NCBI GenBank assembly: GCA_000934665.2
Contig: KZ538701.1
Coordinates: 1-52,901, forward strand
Reading direction: 5' to 3'
DNA from: Catajapyx aquilonaris
Lineage: Eukaryota
Length of the DNA stretch: 52,901 nucleotides
The notes under the pieces are model-generated. The model had not been told where the DNA came from, did no database searches, and was given only the letters and a program-made list of their open reading frames with translations. A program made the translations under genes and the position numbers. This document shows positions 12,220-24,967 of this stretch, piece after piece (position 1 is the first letter of the stretch; every line of letters begins with the position of its first letter).

Positions 12220-12798
12220 ATAAGCAACCCTCGGTTACAGCCAACTCGAAAGGCCGGTCCTGGCACACTTCCGTAAGGCCCTGTGTGTTTTTACACTGGA
12301 TATAGCCAACTCATTTTTCACTGCACATTGACTATAACAGACAATTTCTTGGCCCTTTGGTGGGAAAATATGTAAGATTTGATTACCTGGACACTTCAAA
12401 AAGCTATTTACACTCCAGCTCACCGAGGGAAGAGATAAAAAGGCACAGTTTAACATGAATGTGGTAAACACTGTTCTGATACCGTATTACCTCTCATATT
12501 GCGGCACGCCGGTATAAAACGAGGTCGACCAGCATGCCGGTATAACCCGGGGGTGGCCGGCATGCGTCAATAACTGAGGTAGGTTTCCGTAATTTTGATC
12601 CTTGCCAAATTTTTTGGAATGCTTCTGGTACATTCCAAAATAATGTTACAATGAAAATGGGCGAGTGTACAGGCTGTGAGAATATGTCAGTTCTGTTGCA
12701 CAGTGCATTTAAAAATGTAGAGTGTATGACCAATCCCATTGTCAGCCTGCTTTGACAGGGGAACCCCCTGCTCTAACATACTGTTTAAATAGAGATTA

Positions 12799-13867
12799 CT
12801 AGCAGGTTACCCGGTGCTGCCCGGGTATGTTGGGGTGCTGGTAAAAATAGGGGTACATATCTGTGATAGATTACCTGCTTGTCTTATAGCGTACAGTCAA
12901 CACGGATATTCTGATTGGATGTGTAAAAGGAGGAATGCGGATGGAGTTGGCCCAGGAAAAGACTGCACAGCCATGTGTTTTTTCCCCTGCATTTTTGACC
13001 CCTTGACCCCCCCCCCCCCCAACCCCACTTCACACCCCCACCTCGTTCCATAATTATGTTTGCTCTGAAGAACTTTAGAAATGTACGTACAGATGTATGA
13101 TGGGAAATTTTGTTTTCAACACGGAGTAATATTTTGCAAGTACTGTATTATTTAATTGTATTTACTTTGTCTGGAAGTCTACTTTAAAATCCCACAAAAT
13201 CCCGGAATTACCATAAGATACGAAGTCACGTGAGGTGGCCAATTAGCGTAATTGGTGGATGCGCTGATGGAGATGGTTTAATTTGCTAGGTATTGTGGCA
13301 TAAGGGCATTTCCTAGGGGAGACAAAGTGGCGCTTCGGAAATGTCGGGTTCGATCCCAGCCCGGGGTTCCCCCCTTCATCTCGTGCAGAGTTGGGTCGTC
13401 TCTGGCTTCGTTTCGGGTGGAATCTCCTCAGACTAATCCACCCGGGGGAGTTCACAAAATATACCGTTTGAGAATTGCACTTGCACCTTGCACATCCCCT
13501 CCCAGTCACCCTGCCCGTGGGCCCGGGCGCTACGTCATAAAGGTTCCATCAAGACGAAATAAAGGTTCCCTCCCTGCGGTACGATGCAGGGAGGTAAATA
13601 GCTAAAAAAAGAGAGGCATTTCCATGGGAATGCAAATTGATTTATTGTTATTGATGTAGTAAGCTAATTGTTGAGGCAGGAATATGCATGTTGTGGGAGT
13701 TAGGTACATTGTCGGAAGCTGAAACATGCGGCGTTAGATTCCTTGGAAAAAGTTACCCTCGATATGCTAATTTAAGGCGGTGTAAGGGCCTTCCCCTGGA
13801 TTTCTATAAGGGACAAACATCCAAACTGACAAACTAACAATCAAGCTTCTTTATTTATAGATATAGA
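12799..13867 (-). mobile_element. Non-autonomous Helitron
   Basis: The minus strand starts TC and ends with a CCCGG-GCAGCA-CCGGG hairpin followed by CTAG. It is inserted between A and T with no TSD; the empty site GATTA|TTGCC is seen in MITE copy 2 at ~47993-48002. Confidence 0.85.
13315..13612 (+). mobile_element. SINE family B copy inside the Helitron
   Basis: B box GGTTCGATCCC and shared body GTGCAGAGTTGGGTCGTCTCTGGCTTCG; flanking GGCATTTCC duplication. Confidence 0.8.
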
Positions 13868-15493
13868 TTGCCAAACACTGCGATTCAAAACAATATATGG
13901 TACGGGTGGTACCCTCTTTGGAAAATGTGCCTTTTCGATATTTTCGATCGCGTTTTTTCTGATAACATTGATATTGAAAAAAAAAAAAANNNNNNNNNNN
14001 NNNNNNNNGGGTGGGGGGGGAGGGGGGGGGGTCAAAAGTGGCCTAAAATCGGTCACGTGGTATTTGCACGACCCCTAATGTAACTACGTGAAAACCTCGC
14101 CTTATACCGGCATACCTCACCTTGTACTACCGGCATGCCGGTATAGCCACCAGATCATGCATTTTAAAAAACTGTTCAACCTCACCTACACCGGCATGCC
14201 CCAATATGAGAGGTAATACGGTACTAAAGAAAGAGTGGGAAAGAGTGACCGGAACCACAATTGCCAGAGCTTTCCGTCATGTAGATCTGTAATCATTGTT
14301 GGTCAACAAGTCAGGTGAAGAAGATGAAGATGATCTTTCCCTTGCCAAGTGGACAAGGCGGCATGGTATTAACCCAGATATGCCTGAAAGATTTTTTGTT
14401 TAAATTTTGGTTTTTGTTTGTTTTTATTAGTTCATAATAGTCCCCAAAACACAACAAAAATTATTTAAAAAAATTATGGAATGCTAGATTGTAAGAAAAG
14501 GGCCGTCCCCTATAGGGGACACTCGGAAAATGTAACCTCTAGTATGGCTATACTGTACAAGGAAAACGTAAGATATAGGCTGCTGTATTGAAGTAAAGAT
14601 GAAATATTTAAAAAAAACAATTCATTGAAAAATATAGAGAAGGAATGTTATAGCTAAGACCAAGAGCTATTTATTAGCTCTTGCTAAGACCCAATGTCCT
14701 ATATATTGGACATCTAATTTTGCAATAAGTGATTGCAACAAAAATATCCAATTCTGAAAAATGGCTTCTACATCTCCACTACAGAAGGTTCTTTCAAAGT
14801 ATCCCCCTATAATAATTGCCTTGTCTGGAATGCCAGATGTTGCTGCCTGAAGAAGTAGTGCCATGACGAAAAAGGTGGCAGTACTCCCTTGGCGGCCTTT
14901 GGCGGCGGCCAAGGGAGTGCTGCAACCTTTTGGTCAGTACGGCACTAATTCTTCAGGCGGCCACTTTCCCTTCCCGCCAAAAGTCCTAACCGCCACATAT
15001 TTCCTTTCTCGGCAATACAGGTCTGCCAACTGATTCAATCTGAGCCTCAGAATATTCAGAAAGCTGTCATAATTATACGCTGCTACTTTCAGCCCCACTT
15101 TCTAACTATGCCGCCATCTTGGATCCTGATCTAGCATCTCTTATGATTTTCAGCGGATAGCTTAGCTGAGAGCACGGCTGAGAGTAAACCATTGCGACTT
15201 ATTTAGCGGCGTAGCATGAACCTGCCGGAGCAAGCAAACAAGATGTCAGCGGTGGGATCAGCTGCAGGGGATTGGAGGTTGGCAAAGCCACAATAACGAC
15301 GTCCGTTGGCGTCCGCCGCCACAAGACGGACAGTACTGTAAATGTTGCGGATACGAAACCCACAATGGGGGTGGCGACTGCTACTTTTGGCCGCTGGAGC
15401 GCTAGGGGGCTTGGGGCTGTAAACCAAGGACATGGCTGCTGGCAATGTGCTTTGTATTGACTCGCTCATCGCATTTACACTTTTTAAAACAAA

Positions 15494-15650
15494 ATGCCGA
15501 CTACGTGTGTGGCCTACGGTTGCAGTAAGAACGGGGGGCACCAATTCCCCACCCCAGGGATAAAGTGCTCAAAGGAAAGTGGTTGGCAGCTAGTGTACAT
15601 CAGCGTCCCGCGGGTGTGCCGGGATCACTTTTTGGAAGAGGATTACTGCA
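15494..15650 (+). pseudogene. THAP-domain remnant of a DNA transposon (Kolobok/P/Harbinger-type)
   Basis: MPTTCVAYGC..HQFP..W..RVCRDHF matches the C2CH THAP signature but is shortened. A Kolobok-like end (..AGTTCCCTTGTAA) lies at ~16990-17004. Confidence 0.55.
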
Positions 15651-15947
15651 CGGATGGATATTATGCAGGTTATATATTAATGTATACTTATAACCGTGTC
15701 AGCCACAATGCTCCGCGAGATTTAGTCGAAATGCTTGTCACTCAGTAAAGAGAAACCTTTACTCCAACCTGTATTTTGGCGCTCATATCTGCTGAGGCCT
15801 CAAGCCCAGTGCTGCCACCTACGCTGAGCTTCTCATGTCGCCACCCCCATAATCGCCCAGCTCCGCTTCCTCTCCGCATTACCAAAAAATATCCTGCAGG
15901 GCGACGAACCCTGCCTGGCGGGGCCACAACAGATGACAGTGGAGATA

Positions 15948-16115
15948 ATGGATACCCCGTGATGAGCCTCCTTCAGCTTTTTAGGGGATCATCTTTTAAT
16001 TGACCGACTTTAATCATTGCCTTTGCTGTGATGGATTTTGATTGTGAGAGGAAACGGGAGAACCCCCGAGAAAACCCACGCGAACACGGAGAGAACCCAT
16101 CGAAACTATATCCAC
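15948..16115 (-). mobile_element. Truncated copy of the V-like SINE
   Basis: Highly similar to 48950-49120; the head is missing. Confidence 0.8.
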
Positions 16116-16254
16116 ACTAGCGCACCCGTAGCGAGCCGTCTCATTCAATTTTTTCATTTCCATTGTCTTCCTCATTGCAGGTTTTGCCACATTTTGGCTA
16201 CGGGTGCGCTAGTTACTAAATAATTGCACAAATGGCTTCTCGGGTCTCAGGAGG

Positions 16255-16725
16255 GTATAACGGAAACTTGTTCATTGTGGAATTTTAGAGTCACTTGCTA
16301 TTCAGATATGTACAGGTTTCACTGTATATAAATATACAGTGAATCCTGTCCACAATGGTCCCTGTGTATAATTGAAACTTGCCTATTGCGGAATTTTTCT
16401 GGTAACTGGCGTATGAAAATTACACAATTTCCGCTATATTCGACGCCAGTTACCAGAAAAAATCAGCAATAGGCAAGTTTCGGTTATACACAGGGTCCAT
16501 TGTGGACAGGTATTACTTCCCATCTAGCTATATTCAGTGAAACCTGTGCAAAGGGGAAATGCACAGGACTCTAATATTCCGCAATGGACGAGTTTCCGTT
16601 ATATACAGGGTCCGTTATGGACAGGTTTTACTTCTCTAGCTATATTCAGTGAAATCTGCACATGGCGGAAATGCACGGGATGATAAAATTTTCCGTAATG
16701 AGCAAGTTTCCGCTATATTCAACGC
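16255..16725. repeat. Cluster of tandem and inverted pogo-like MITE units
   Basis: Repeated CAGTGAAACCTGT..AAGTTTCCGTTATAT..GGACAGGTTTTACT units; palindromic unit at 16337-16516; spacer TCTAGCTATATT repeated. Confidence 0.6.
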
Positions 16726-18743
16726 GGAAATCGTGTACCATGCACTGTTGCAATTTAGAGCTCTGCTGATCAGAGTAATTTGCCCTTTCCAATGATGTAA
16801 TAAAATGTCTGCTTTTTTGAGCGCAAAATCTGAAACGTCGCTCGTAAGGTAAGCTGTCCGGGATAACTTCGAGAGGTCATAACTTTTGACCTTTTAGCGC
16901 TCAGCCGAAACTGTTTGCATTTTGTTGAATGACTTACCTGCCTCTATTATTGTGCCAAGTTTCAATCAGCAAATCCATTCACAGTGTGTGAAGTTCCCTT
17001 GTAAGTACAGTACTACAGAAGAACCCGCACTGCCTCTTAAACTCATGAAGACGTGACTCATGGGAGCGCTACTCTGATCTCAGTGTAAACTGTCAAGCTT
17101 TGCCTGCTCCATCGTGATCTCAAGGGTTGCATATCTGCACATAAGCAGAAACCATTGCTGTGGGCTTGCAAGCATCAAAACTGGAGTGTGGAACAGTGAT
17201 CCAAGATGCTGCTCATGGAAGAGTCCCAGTTCGAAATTTTTGGCAGGAGACAATTTCACAGTCGAACTTGATTGATGTTGTATTTGCATGTTTCTTTAGA
17301 ATCCGTTGGCATCATTTCTGGGAACTGCTTAAACCTTCAGTACGTTGCGTTGTGTGTTGAATTATTGCACTTTGTTACCAAAACAGGCTACGTGCATCAA
17401 ATTTGCTAAATCCAACTTGAGCCTGATTGCAAAGTAATCAAATGATGAGGGACTGAACAGCCCCTTAGCATATGCCTGAAGATGGCTTGGACAAAAGATC
17501 GAGCAGGCTAACGATGAGTCCTGCTACCTGAAGTAATCAATATTGTAGCTATGTTCCACCAAATGAAATAGTGTCAGGACACCACTGGAGATCAAATTAT
17601 CCCCTTGACACTTCCTGCAACTGTCAGTCAGTAGCGATATAACCACTAAAAGTGTAGGTGCTCAATGAGCTGCAATTATTGCGATTTAAACAATGTTCAG
17701 AAAGTGATGCACTGTTTCTATTCAAGTCATGTGAATTCAATTTAAATTGTTTCTCAGGTGCACTACTTTATGTTGATTCTTAGCAGTTTGGTCACCTTCT
17801 GCAACCTCTTCAACCAGTTTGAATCAGGTGATTCCTCAAGTGTGTGTTCCTGACATATGATAGTGGCAACAGGGCCAAGTTTCAGTGAGAGTAGAGAGAG
17901 GGGTGACTGGGAGGTAGGGAGGGTCAGAAGTAAATCAAATATAGTACCGGTACTCTGTGACTGGGAAGAAAGCAGAGGGAGATTCCTGATGGAACACACT
18001 TCACAACACCTGCCATGTCACTTACTGCTGATTGCTATGCCAACTTGTGCTTCTGATGTGGAAGTGCTATTAAGGTGGCACTTAACTCACATGTGTACTT
18101 ACAATGCAAGACAGTCTCCAAACTGGAATCCCATTAGATCTGCATATTCTAACAGGATTGGCTTTCAAGGTGATCATGTGATGGATGAAGTTAACAGATA
18201 TCACATTCTCTATTGCTACAGTATATGTATGTATTAAATGAATGTTGAGAAATATAGTTCAAACGCTTTACAGTAAGCTGTGTAGTTTCCCTGTTCTAAT
18301 AAATGTGTGGTAGTCTATTGTAATTTCTTTTCCTACCATCTTTATCTTTCTGTGCTGGGACCTCCATTTCTCTGATTAGTTTCAAACATTTCATCTTTAA
18401 ATTACTACTAAAAGAACAATGGCTGACACAGACAAAATCACAATAAAACAATTCCGTCAAAATGAATGATGGCATGACAACAAAATAATTCTCCAGTTAA
18501 AATGAGGGTGGAAGCAATTTTGTCACACAAAAAATAAGCAAATATCTGAAAACTAGATTTTGTATTAGGTATTACATTAGGCATGACTCATTTAGGAACG
18601 AAAAAGCTCCTGGGAAAAATGCTGTTGAACTGTATGTTTACAATGGAAAAGCATTACCTGAGACCAACAATATTACCTTGTAAAGTCCACAGCAGCAACA
18701 GTAAAAAGCAAAGCAAATGCATATACTGTATCATAAGCTATCA

Positions 18744-18900
18744 TAAGTTGGGTTCATATGGAATACTCTGGTGGCATTAATTTATTTAAAACAGTACATT
18801 GTTCATATTGGCAGCGCCATCAACATTATTAGAGCCGATTGGGGCATAGCACTATTCCAAACAAATGCTACCAGTGCATGTCATATGAACCCACCTTATA
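18744..18900. mobile_element. Degenerate MITE (Harbinger-like)
   Basis: Inverted ends TAAGTTGGGTTCATATG and CATATGAACCCACCTTA. Confidence 0.5.
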
Positions 18901-20694
18901 ACCATGGCAACAACAAATACTGCACACATTGGCCTTGACACGTGACGGAGAATTAAAAAAAAAAAAGGTTTGCAAGAAGACCTGGGGGTCATCTGTCACA
19001 CTGTACACCACAAGGGTGTTCATATTGCTTGCAGTAATTTATTGGTCTAGAAGACAGTAAAACAGGTGCCCCATGTAAGGTGAGCTACTGTGAAGCTAAA
19101 CAGCGAAATGAGTTCGGGCAGTATGAACACTCCTAAAAAGACTAAAAAACTTTTGGACTGAACTATGGTCAATCCCCTACCATGATTCCTTCTGTGTGAA
19201 AGAAACAACTGAAACAGAAGAAGAAAAAAACACTGGCCCTCAAAATCATGAATTATCTCTCGGTATGATGTTTTACACTGTATCTGCCTTACCTCAGGGA
19301 GGAATGGGATTGTCCCACCATGACATATGCATGCACAGTGACAAGAAGAAAGTGAGCTGTCATGATCAGCTGGTCTATTCACGTTGAACATCCAGAACCC
19401 AAAGAGATGCAATTTTTCTAATTCCCAGGTGTTCCTTTACTATGTGCTGGACATTTGTATGCAATAATCACATCTCACAGGCTAAATGACTAATTGCCCA
19501 CCACCGTTTCTTCTCCATCAGTGAGGAAACAGCACCCACCTGTTCCTCATTTGCATTGGGTTGTCCTGGCTGAGGCACATCTGTCACATTTTGCCTTCCC
19601 TGCCCACTTGCAACTGTTCTATATGGTAATGCAGGTGCCCCACAATCCTCTGCAAGTCCTTGATGACACTGTCATGCTGTATGCCCTTTAACAATTTCAG
19701 TTTTTATCTCCCATTTCGAAAACACAGTTCACAGATCTGCTTGTTGTGACAACTCACATTCTTCTTTTTACTGTGCACACATGTCATGGTGGGACAGTCC
19801 CATTCTGCCATGAGGTAAGATAAGGACCCATCCTGTCGTGGCATAAGCAGTATAAACTTCCTGCATTTCAGTTACCCTGCAAATGTGTTGCACCTAATGA
19901 AATTCCAACCCTTGCAATTGAATGCAAAAATCTTGAACAAATATGGTGGCACCAGTATCACGTGACAGTACTACTAAGTTTTCTGTGATATGTATGCTGC
20001 CATTGAGATAATACCAACAGACTTCCCAAGCTCGTACATTAGCACAAACTGTTAACAGACAATGGCTGTATGGCATCAACATTGCATCACCACGTAAGCA
20101 CATGCATTTCTCTTCAGTTAATAAATCATGGTTGTACCATAAATAAAAGGTTTTGTTTACACAGGTTGATAATCTCTTATGGGAAGTTCTTAAAACCTAA
20201 AAGCTCAAAATACCAAAAGTTTTTCCAATGAAGTCATCAGTTCACCAAAGCTAGCTTTTTATGCCAGGCATGTCCCAATGCAACCACAATGGTGATAGGA
20301 TTGATGAACTGTACCATCTTCTCCAATCCCCAATCTAGGAGTATTGCACCTTTACAGCATGTAATAAATGTACTGTACTGGTATTTAAAGTGGGGTATAT
20401 GGGCACATATACTGTGTATGTATACAGTAATACCCTTCTGAATTCCAAAAAATGTATGGTCCCAAGGGTTTCAGAGAAGAGATTATCAACCAATATTACA
20501 GCCTTTTACCAGCAGCAGCAGTATGACAGTCATCAGACAAGCACAACAAAGAAAATTCTTGCAGGAAAAACCCTTGGGAGACTTATCTGTACTAAAAATG
20601 AGCATTATTTAATGTGTTACCACAAACACCAGAGTTCATTACAGACAATCAAACTGGACTAATATACCAGTCAGTCACTCTTTTAGCCCTGTAA

Positions 20695-20907
20695 AGCTGG
20701 GTATCCACGTAAAAGTTTTCTCTTGCAAGAGAAGCCAACTGCGCATGCCCGGATCAGAGGAAAGAGGAAAAGTAGAAAATTTGCAACTTTAATCCCTCTT
20801 TAGAGGGGCCAGAGGGGCCCTGAGGCGACATAGAGTCCGTCTCGATGTACAAGATTCCTCGAGCAAGAGGACTCTAGCACGAGAAACATTTACGTGGATA
20901 CTCAGCT
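20695..20907. mobile_element. PIF/Harbinger-type MITE
   Basis: TAA|AGCTGGGTATCCACGTAAA...TTTACGTGGATACTCAGCT|TAA. Confidence 0.75.
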
Positions 20908-21488
20908 TAAGCTTCAAATTCACACAAAATATATATACAATTCCTTCATGATCTCAATGACTAGTATGCAAGTTGTGCAATTCATTTTTTGGCACCTGCA
21001 CCTTAAACTGTCACCAGTCTGCCAAGTTATGTGAGTAAACATTATTTTAGAGTTTAGACCAACCCTTCCATTCAAGTCTATGTACTACAGGTGTTTAAAA
21101 ATTGCCTAATGAAATATGAATATTTCTTAAACCTAGCTCATAACACAATATTTTGTGAACCTGTACCTTAACATGTGATTTCAGCGCATACACTGACTAG
21201 CGCATACACTGACTAGCTCAAACTGCAGGAAAAATTTATATACATCCATGAGGCAGTAAATGATACATTGTTACATGTAGGAATCACAAAATAATCCCCG
21301 AGATCCCTCAAAAGAACAAAGTTGCACTGTCCCCTGAAGTGGCACATCTTTGCATAGCATTGTTACTGATTCCACTTTCCTGTAAACTTAAGTCATACAT
21401 TTTTGGCAGTCAACCAGTTGCAACAACTCTACTGCTCAGCTTTCAGGAACTATATTAATCATCACATGGCTCAGTAACAGAAGTAACT

Positions 21489-22072
21489 AAAGTGAAACTG
21501 CTACAACTTGAACATCTATAAGCTCAAGTTCTCTATAAGTCAAAGAAACTTATTTTATTGAATGATCACAATGTAACATAATAGGAATTCAGTTTCTCTC
21601 ATTTCTGTTTATCAACATTATCCATAACTCGAAATTCTGGCAATAATTTAACTTGGAAATTATACATTATTTTGTCAGGCTGGACAAGTTGGAGTTTGTG
21701 CCAGATGAAGATAGGATTTTCCACCATTCTGTCTAAGTGTTCATGACAGATCAGAACATGTGGATTGAATTAAAACTGGAGTGCAAATAAACGTTTTTGC
21801 ATCTCTAGTGACTGTCTAGAATCATGTACTCAGAGCTAAATCATCATAAGTGTTGCCAGAGGTCTATCGTGGACTCTTTTTCCCCCAAAATTCTAGAGAT
21901 CTCCTAAGCCCATGTTCTTTCAAATTCCATTAAACAGAGGAAATACTAGGTATAAAGGTAAGCGTCAATCTATAAATTTGTGCTGGACATTTTCTCAAAC
22001 CTCTCAAACTCGAATCTTTCATAACTCAAAATACTTTCTCTCTTGGAGATTTGAGTTATAGAAGTTCCACTG
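21489..22072. mobile_element. Older relative of the 39568-40167 MITE
   Basis: Same motif order (CTCTATAAGTC, CACAATGTAA, TATAAAGGTA, ACTCGAATCTT) and right end TATAGAAGTTCCACTG|TA. Confidence 0.6.
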
Positions 22073-22888
22073 TAATCGCAGTATCCCAACATAAATGGTA
22101 GATTCTAGCATGCACAGAGGACAAAAATAAGTGGTAAAAGAATATTTGGTGATGGGCTGTAAAAAATCCAAATGGTATCTCCTTCCTTCCAGTTATTAGG
22201 CTACTGGTACCTCGATACTATTATAGCATAGCATACTAAGTAGGAGAAGCAATGTTCATAGTAATTGCGTAATAACAAATTGCTGACTCAAAACAGACAT
22301 AATTCAATGTTGTAATAGTACTATGTGCACCTAAATATAAACTTCTCTTGTGGGTCCAAACACAAAAGAATTTCCCCACACTAAAAGTTTACCAAGTACT
22401 ATCAACTGCCCATTCCCACAAAATATGACATTCATGGTCTTGAAGGTACACACCCACAAAGATATACTCGTATTATCAGCTACAAGAACACTCATGCTGT
22501 AGTTATGATTTAAAAGTTATGGGCATGAAAAAAGCTGCACTTCTCATATTATGACAAATGAACACAGCATTCCATGGATTCATTCACATATACAGTATAG
22601 TTAATCTCCAATGTAATCTAGATCAATCTGTAATATATGACCACAGAATTATTAACAATTAACAGTACACAGAAGCAGTGCACAACACAAGACATATTTT
22701 ACATAAGGATTTAACTGACTCTCTCATACAAGCTAATCAGGAGCTCCTGATACTATTCTCACCAATAAGGTATTTTATATAATGTCTTGTAATATTTTAA
22801 CTGAGCCAACTCATTATGACAGACCACTATCCATTTCCAAAAAGACTCACCTCAATTGGCACTAGAATTGCACAAATACTGCTGCATG

Positions 22889-23231
22889 AGGGAGACGGAG
22901 TGGCGCCGCGGTAACGCGCGCGCCCACGGAAGTTAAGGTCCCGGGTTCAATCCCCACCCGGGGTTCCCACCTTCTTTCGTGCAGAGTTGGGCCATCTCTG
23001 GCTTCGTTTCGGGTGGCAATTTCCGATAGACTAAGCCACCCGGGGGAGTTCACAAAATGACCAATTAACGACAGCGCACATGCACTTTGCACATCCCCTC
23101 CTAACTACCTTGGAGTATACTAATAAGATTATTCTTAGCTCGCTCCAAAAAAACAAATACCAATGGTGGTAATCCACCACCCCCTATAGACCTACAAAGG
23201 TCATCACGGGGTAAGTAAAATAATAATAAAA
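22889..23231 (+). mobile_element. SINE family B, full length
   Basis: A and B boxes; TSD AAATACTGCTGCATG; tail ..ATCACGGGGTA. Confidence 0.88.
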
Positions 23232-23479
23232 AAATACTGCTGCATGTAAAAAAATCATAAAATCATATTACATGAAAGCCTGATTCAAGCACTTTAACAG
23301 GGTAGGCTACCAATAATATTCTTGATGTCAGTGAGCAAGTAAAAAGATAAACTACAATCAGTTTAACACAATCCCCAATGTTTTCACTATTCTGAGGGAA
23401 TAAAATTTTTGTGATTTTCAATGGTCATGTGTGGATGGCCAAAATATTTCCCTGTGGCTCAACAATGAATAAGATATTT

Positions 23480-23789
23480 GGGAAGACAGAGTGGCACAAC
23501 ATTAACATGTGTGCCCAAGGATGGTCTATCCCAAGGCTGGTCTTTCCCCATTTTTTGTGCAGAGTTGGGTCGTCTCTGGCTTCCACTTGAGTGGGATTCC
23601 TTGAGACCAACCACCTTGGGCGAATATGCAAAATGGCTGTTAACGACACTGCATTTGCACCTTGAACCACCTTTCCCAATCACCCCTACCCACAAATCTG
23701 GGCACTTGACAAAAAAAAAGTATTACAGCATATGAAAATAATAAAAGTCTGTGCAACATACCCCACAAAGGGGTCAAAGCACTACCTGG

Positions 23790-23834
<45 letters not shown>
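23480..23834 (+). mobile_element. SINE family B, diverged copy ending in (ATT)n
   Basis: Body GTGCAGAGTTGGGTCGTCTCTGGCTTC; tail resembles 48610-48665. Confidence 0.7.
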
Positions 23835-24074
23835 GTTGTAATACCCCTTGCCACCCCTTACGGGATATTCGGGGAGGCCATGTTAGAAGCACCCAGGCCT
23901 ACGGGCAGGGGGACTGGGAGGGGATGTGCAAGGTGCAGTGCATCGACTAGTAAGGTCATTTTGTGAGCTCCCCTGGGTGGCTTAGTCTGTCGGAAATACC
24001 ACCCGAAACGAAGCCAGAGACGACCCGAGAACTCTGCACGAGATGAAGGGGGTATCCCCGGGTCGGGTTCGAAC

Positions 24075-24075
<1 letters not shown>
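23835..24075 (-). mobile_element. SINE family B, 5'-truncated, embedded in (ATT)n
   Basis: Reverse complement of the family B body starting at the B box GGTTCGAACCC; flanked by (ATT)n on both sides. Confidence 0.8.

Positions 24076-24144
<69 letters not shown>
24076..24144. repeat. (ATT)n microsatellite
   Basis: Direct reading; other (ATT)n tracts are at 23790-23834, 41287-41352 and 48665-48735. Confidence 0.95.
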
Positions 24145-24287
24145 TCTGGGCAGAGAAATAGCCCAGTCATCATCGAGCATCCATCCACACTTTATGATTA
24201 ACTATTGAAAAAATTCTCTTCCAACTGACTCAAGTAAAAATTGGGGTTGTTTTAAACTTCACTGGCTCACTGACATCAGGAATAGTA

Positions 24288-24633
24288 GGTTGGTTGGTTG
24301 GTTGGGTTTGCCTCAGTAGGTATAGCTCTCATGTAGTGGAGACTTGTTAACTGGGGGGAGAGGAGGGGAGGTATGGGATGGCAGAGTTGGGGTGAGTTGT
24401 GATAAGGAGGACTGGCCCCAGTTGTGCTGCAATGCCAGGGCCAGCCCAGGGACAGGGGTGGGGGATCACCCCTAGCACCCTGTCTGGCCCAGAAATGTGA
24501 GTTAGGTCTGATATAGACCTCTTGAGTGGGCACCCTGGTCTTCCCAGCCAATAGCCAGGCAGGCCAGCAGTATCAGCAGGGTCAACAGGGGCACCAAGAG
24601 TGTACCATCCCTGAACAAGCCAGCCAAGGGATA
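24288..24633 (-). mobile_element. GC-rich retroposed element with (CCAA)n tail, copy 2
   Basis: Shares CTGGCCCC..TGCAATGCC..CCAGGGAC..AGAAATG.GAGT.AGGTC with copy 1. Confidence 0.7.
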
Positions 24634-24644
24634 TTATAGATATA

Positions 24645-24967
24645 CAGTGGAGCCTCGATTATCCGAACACCGATCAACCGAAACCTCAGTTAACCGAAAG
24701 CGTTCGAGTTGGGAAATTCAAATTTGCGTGCGAGATTTAGCACCAAAAAACGAAATCTCAGCTCTGAAGCAAAAGAAAATTCATGTATTGGACTTCTTTT
24801 CATAAACTGTAGGCCTACTTTAATGTATGTAGTGTACTGTATACTACTTTATGTAAGTATTTTTAAGACGTGACTGTGATACAAAATATAGTTTTTTGGT
24901 GATCCGAAAAATCAGTTATCCGAACACCCCCAGTCGCCCATTGTTTCGGATAATTAAGGCTCCACTG
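24645..24967. mobile_element. pogo/Tigger-type MITE
   Basis: TA|CAGTGGAGCCTCGATTATCCGAA...TTCGGATAATTAAGGCTCCACTG|TA with internal TATCCGAA repeats. Confidence 0.8.

Larger units (their letters stand above)
12482..14221. mobile_element. CCGTA-terminated (Tc2/pogo-like) MITE, copy 1, carrying nested insertions
   Basis: TA|CCGTATTACCTCTCATATT...AATATGAGAGGTAATACGG|TA; homologous to 47665-48232. Confidence 0.85.
11301..14400 (+). pseudogene. Decayed pogo/Tigger-like element fragmented by insertions
   Basis: The empty site reads CCTCGGCTATAAGCAACCCTCGGTTAC, a Tigger-like subterminal repeat. Joining 12480 to 14222 gives ..NVVNTVLILKKEWERVTGTTIARAFRHV, resembling the Tigger C-terminal AW..V...TI..CF motif. 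Confidence 0.4.

Noticed and set aside
16255..16725. Repeat-spacer-like pattern (CRISPR-like)
   Set aside because: Eukaryotic context, unit lengths are irregular, and the units have MITE ends; no cas genes.
17470..17535. CTGAAGATGGC.. resembling a Penelope-type hammerhead ribozyme core
   Set aside because: No matching GAAA and no convincing stems.
18298..18303. AATAAA as a distal NAT9 poly(A) signal
   Set aside because: It is 7.7 kb from the stop codon across many repeats; AATAAA alone in AT-rich DNA is not evidence.
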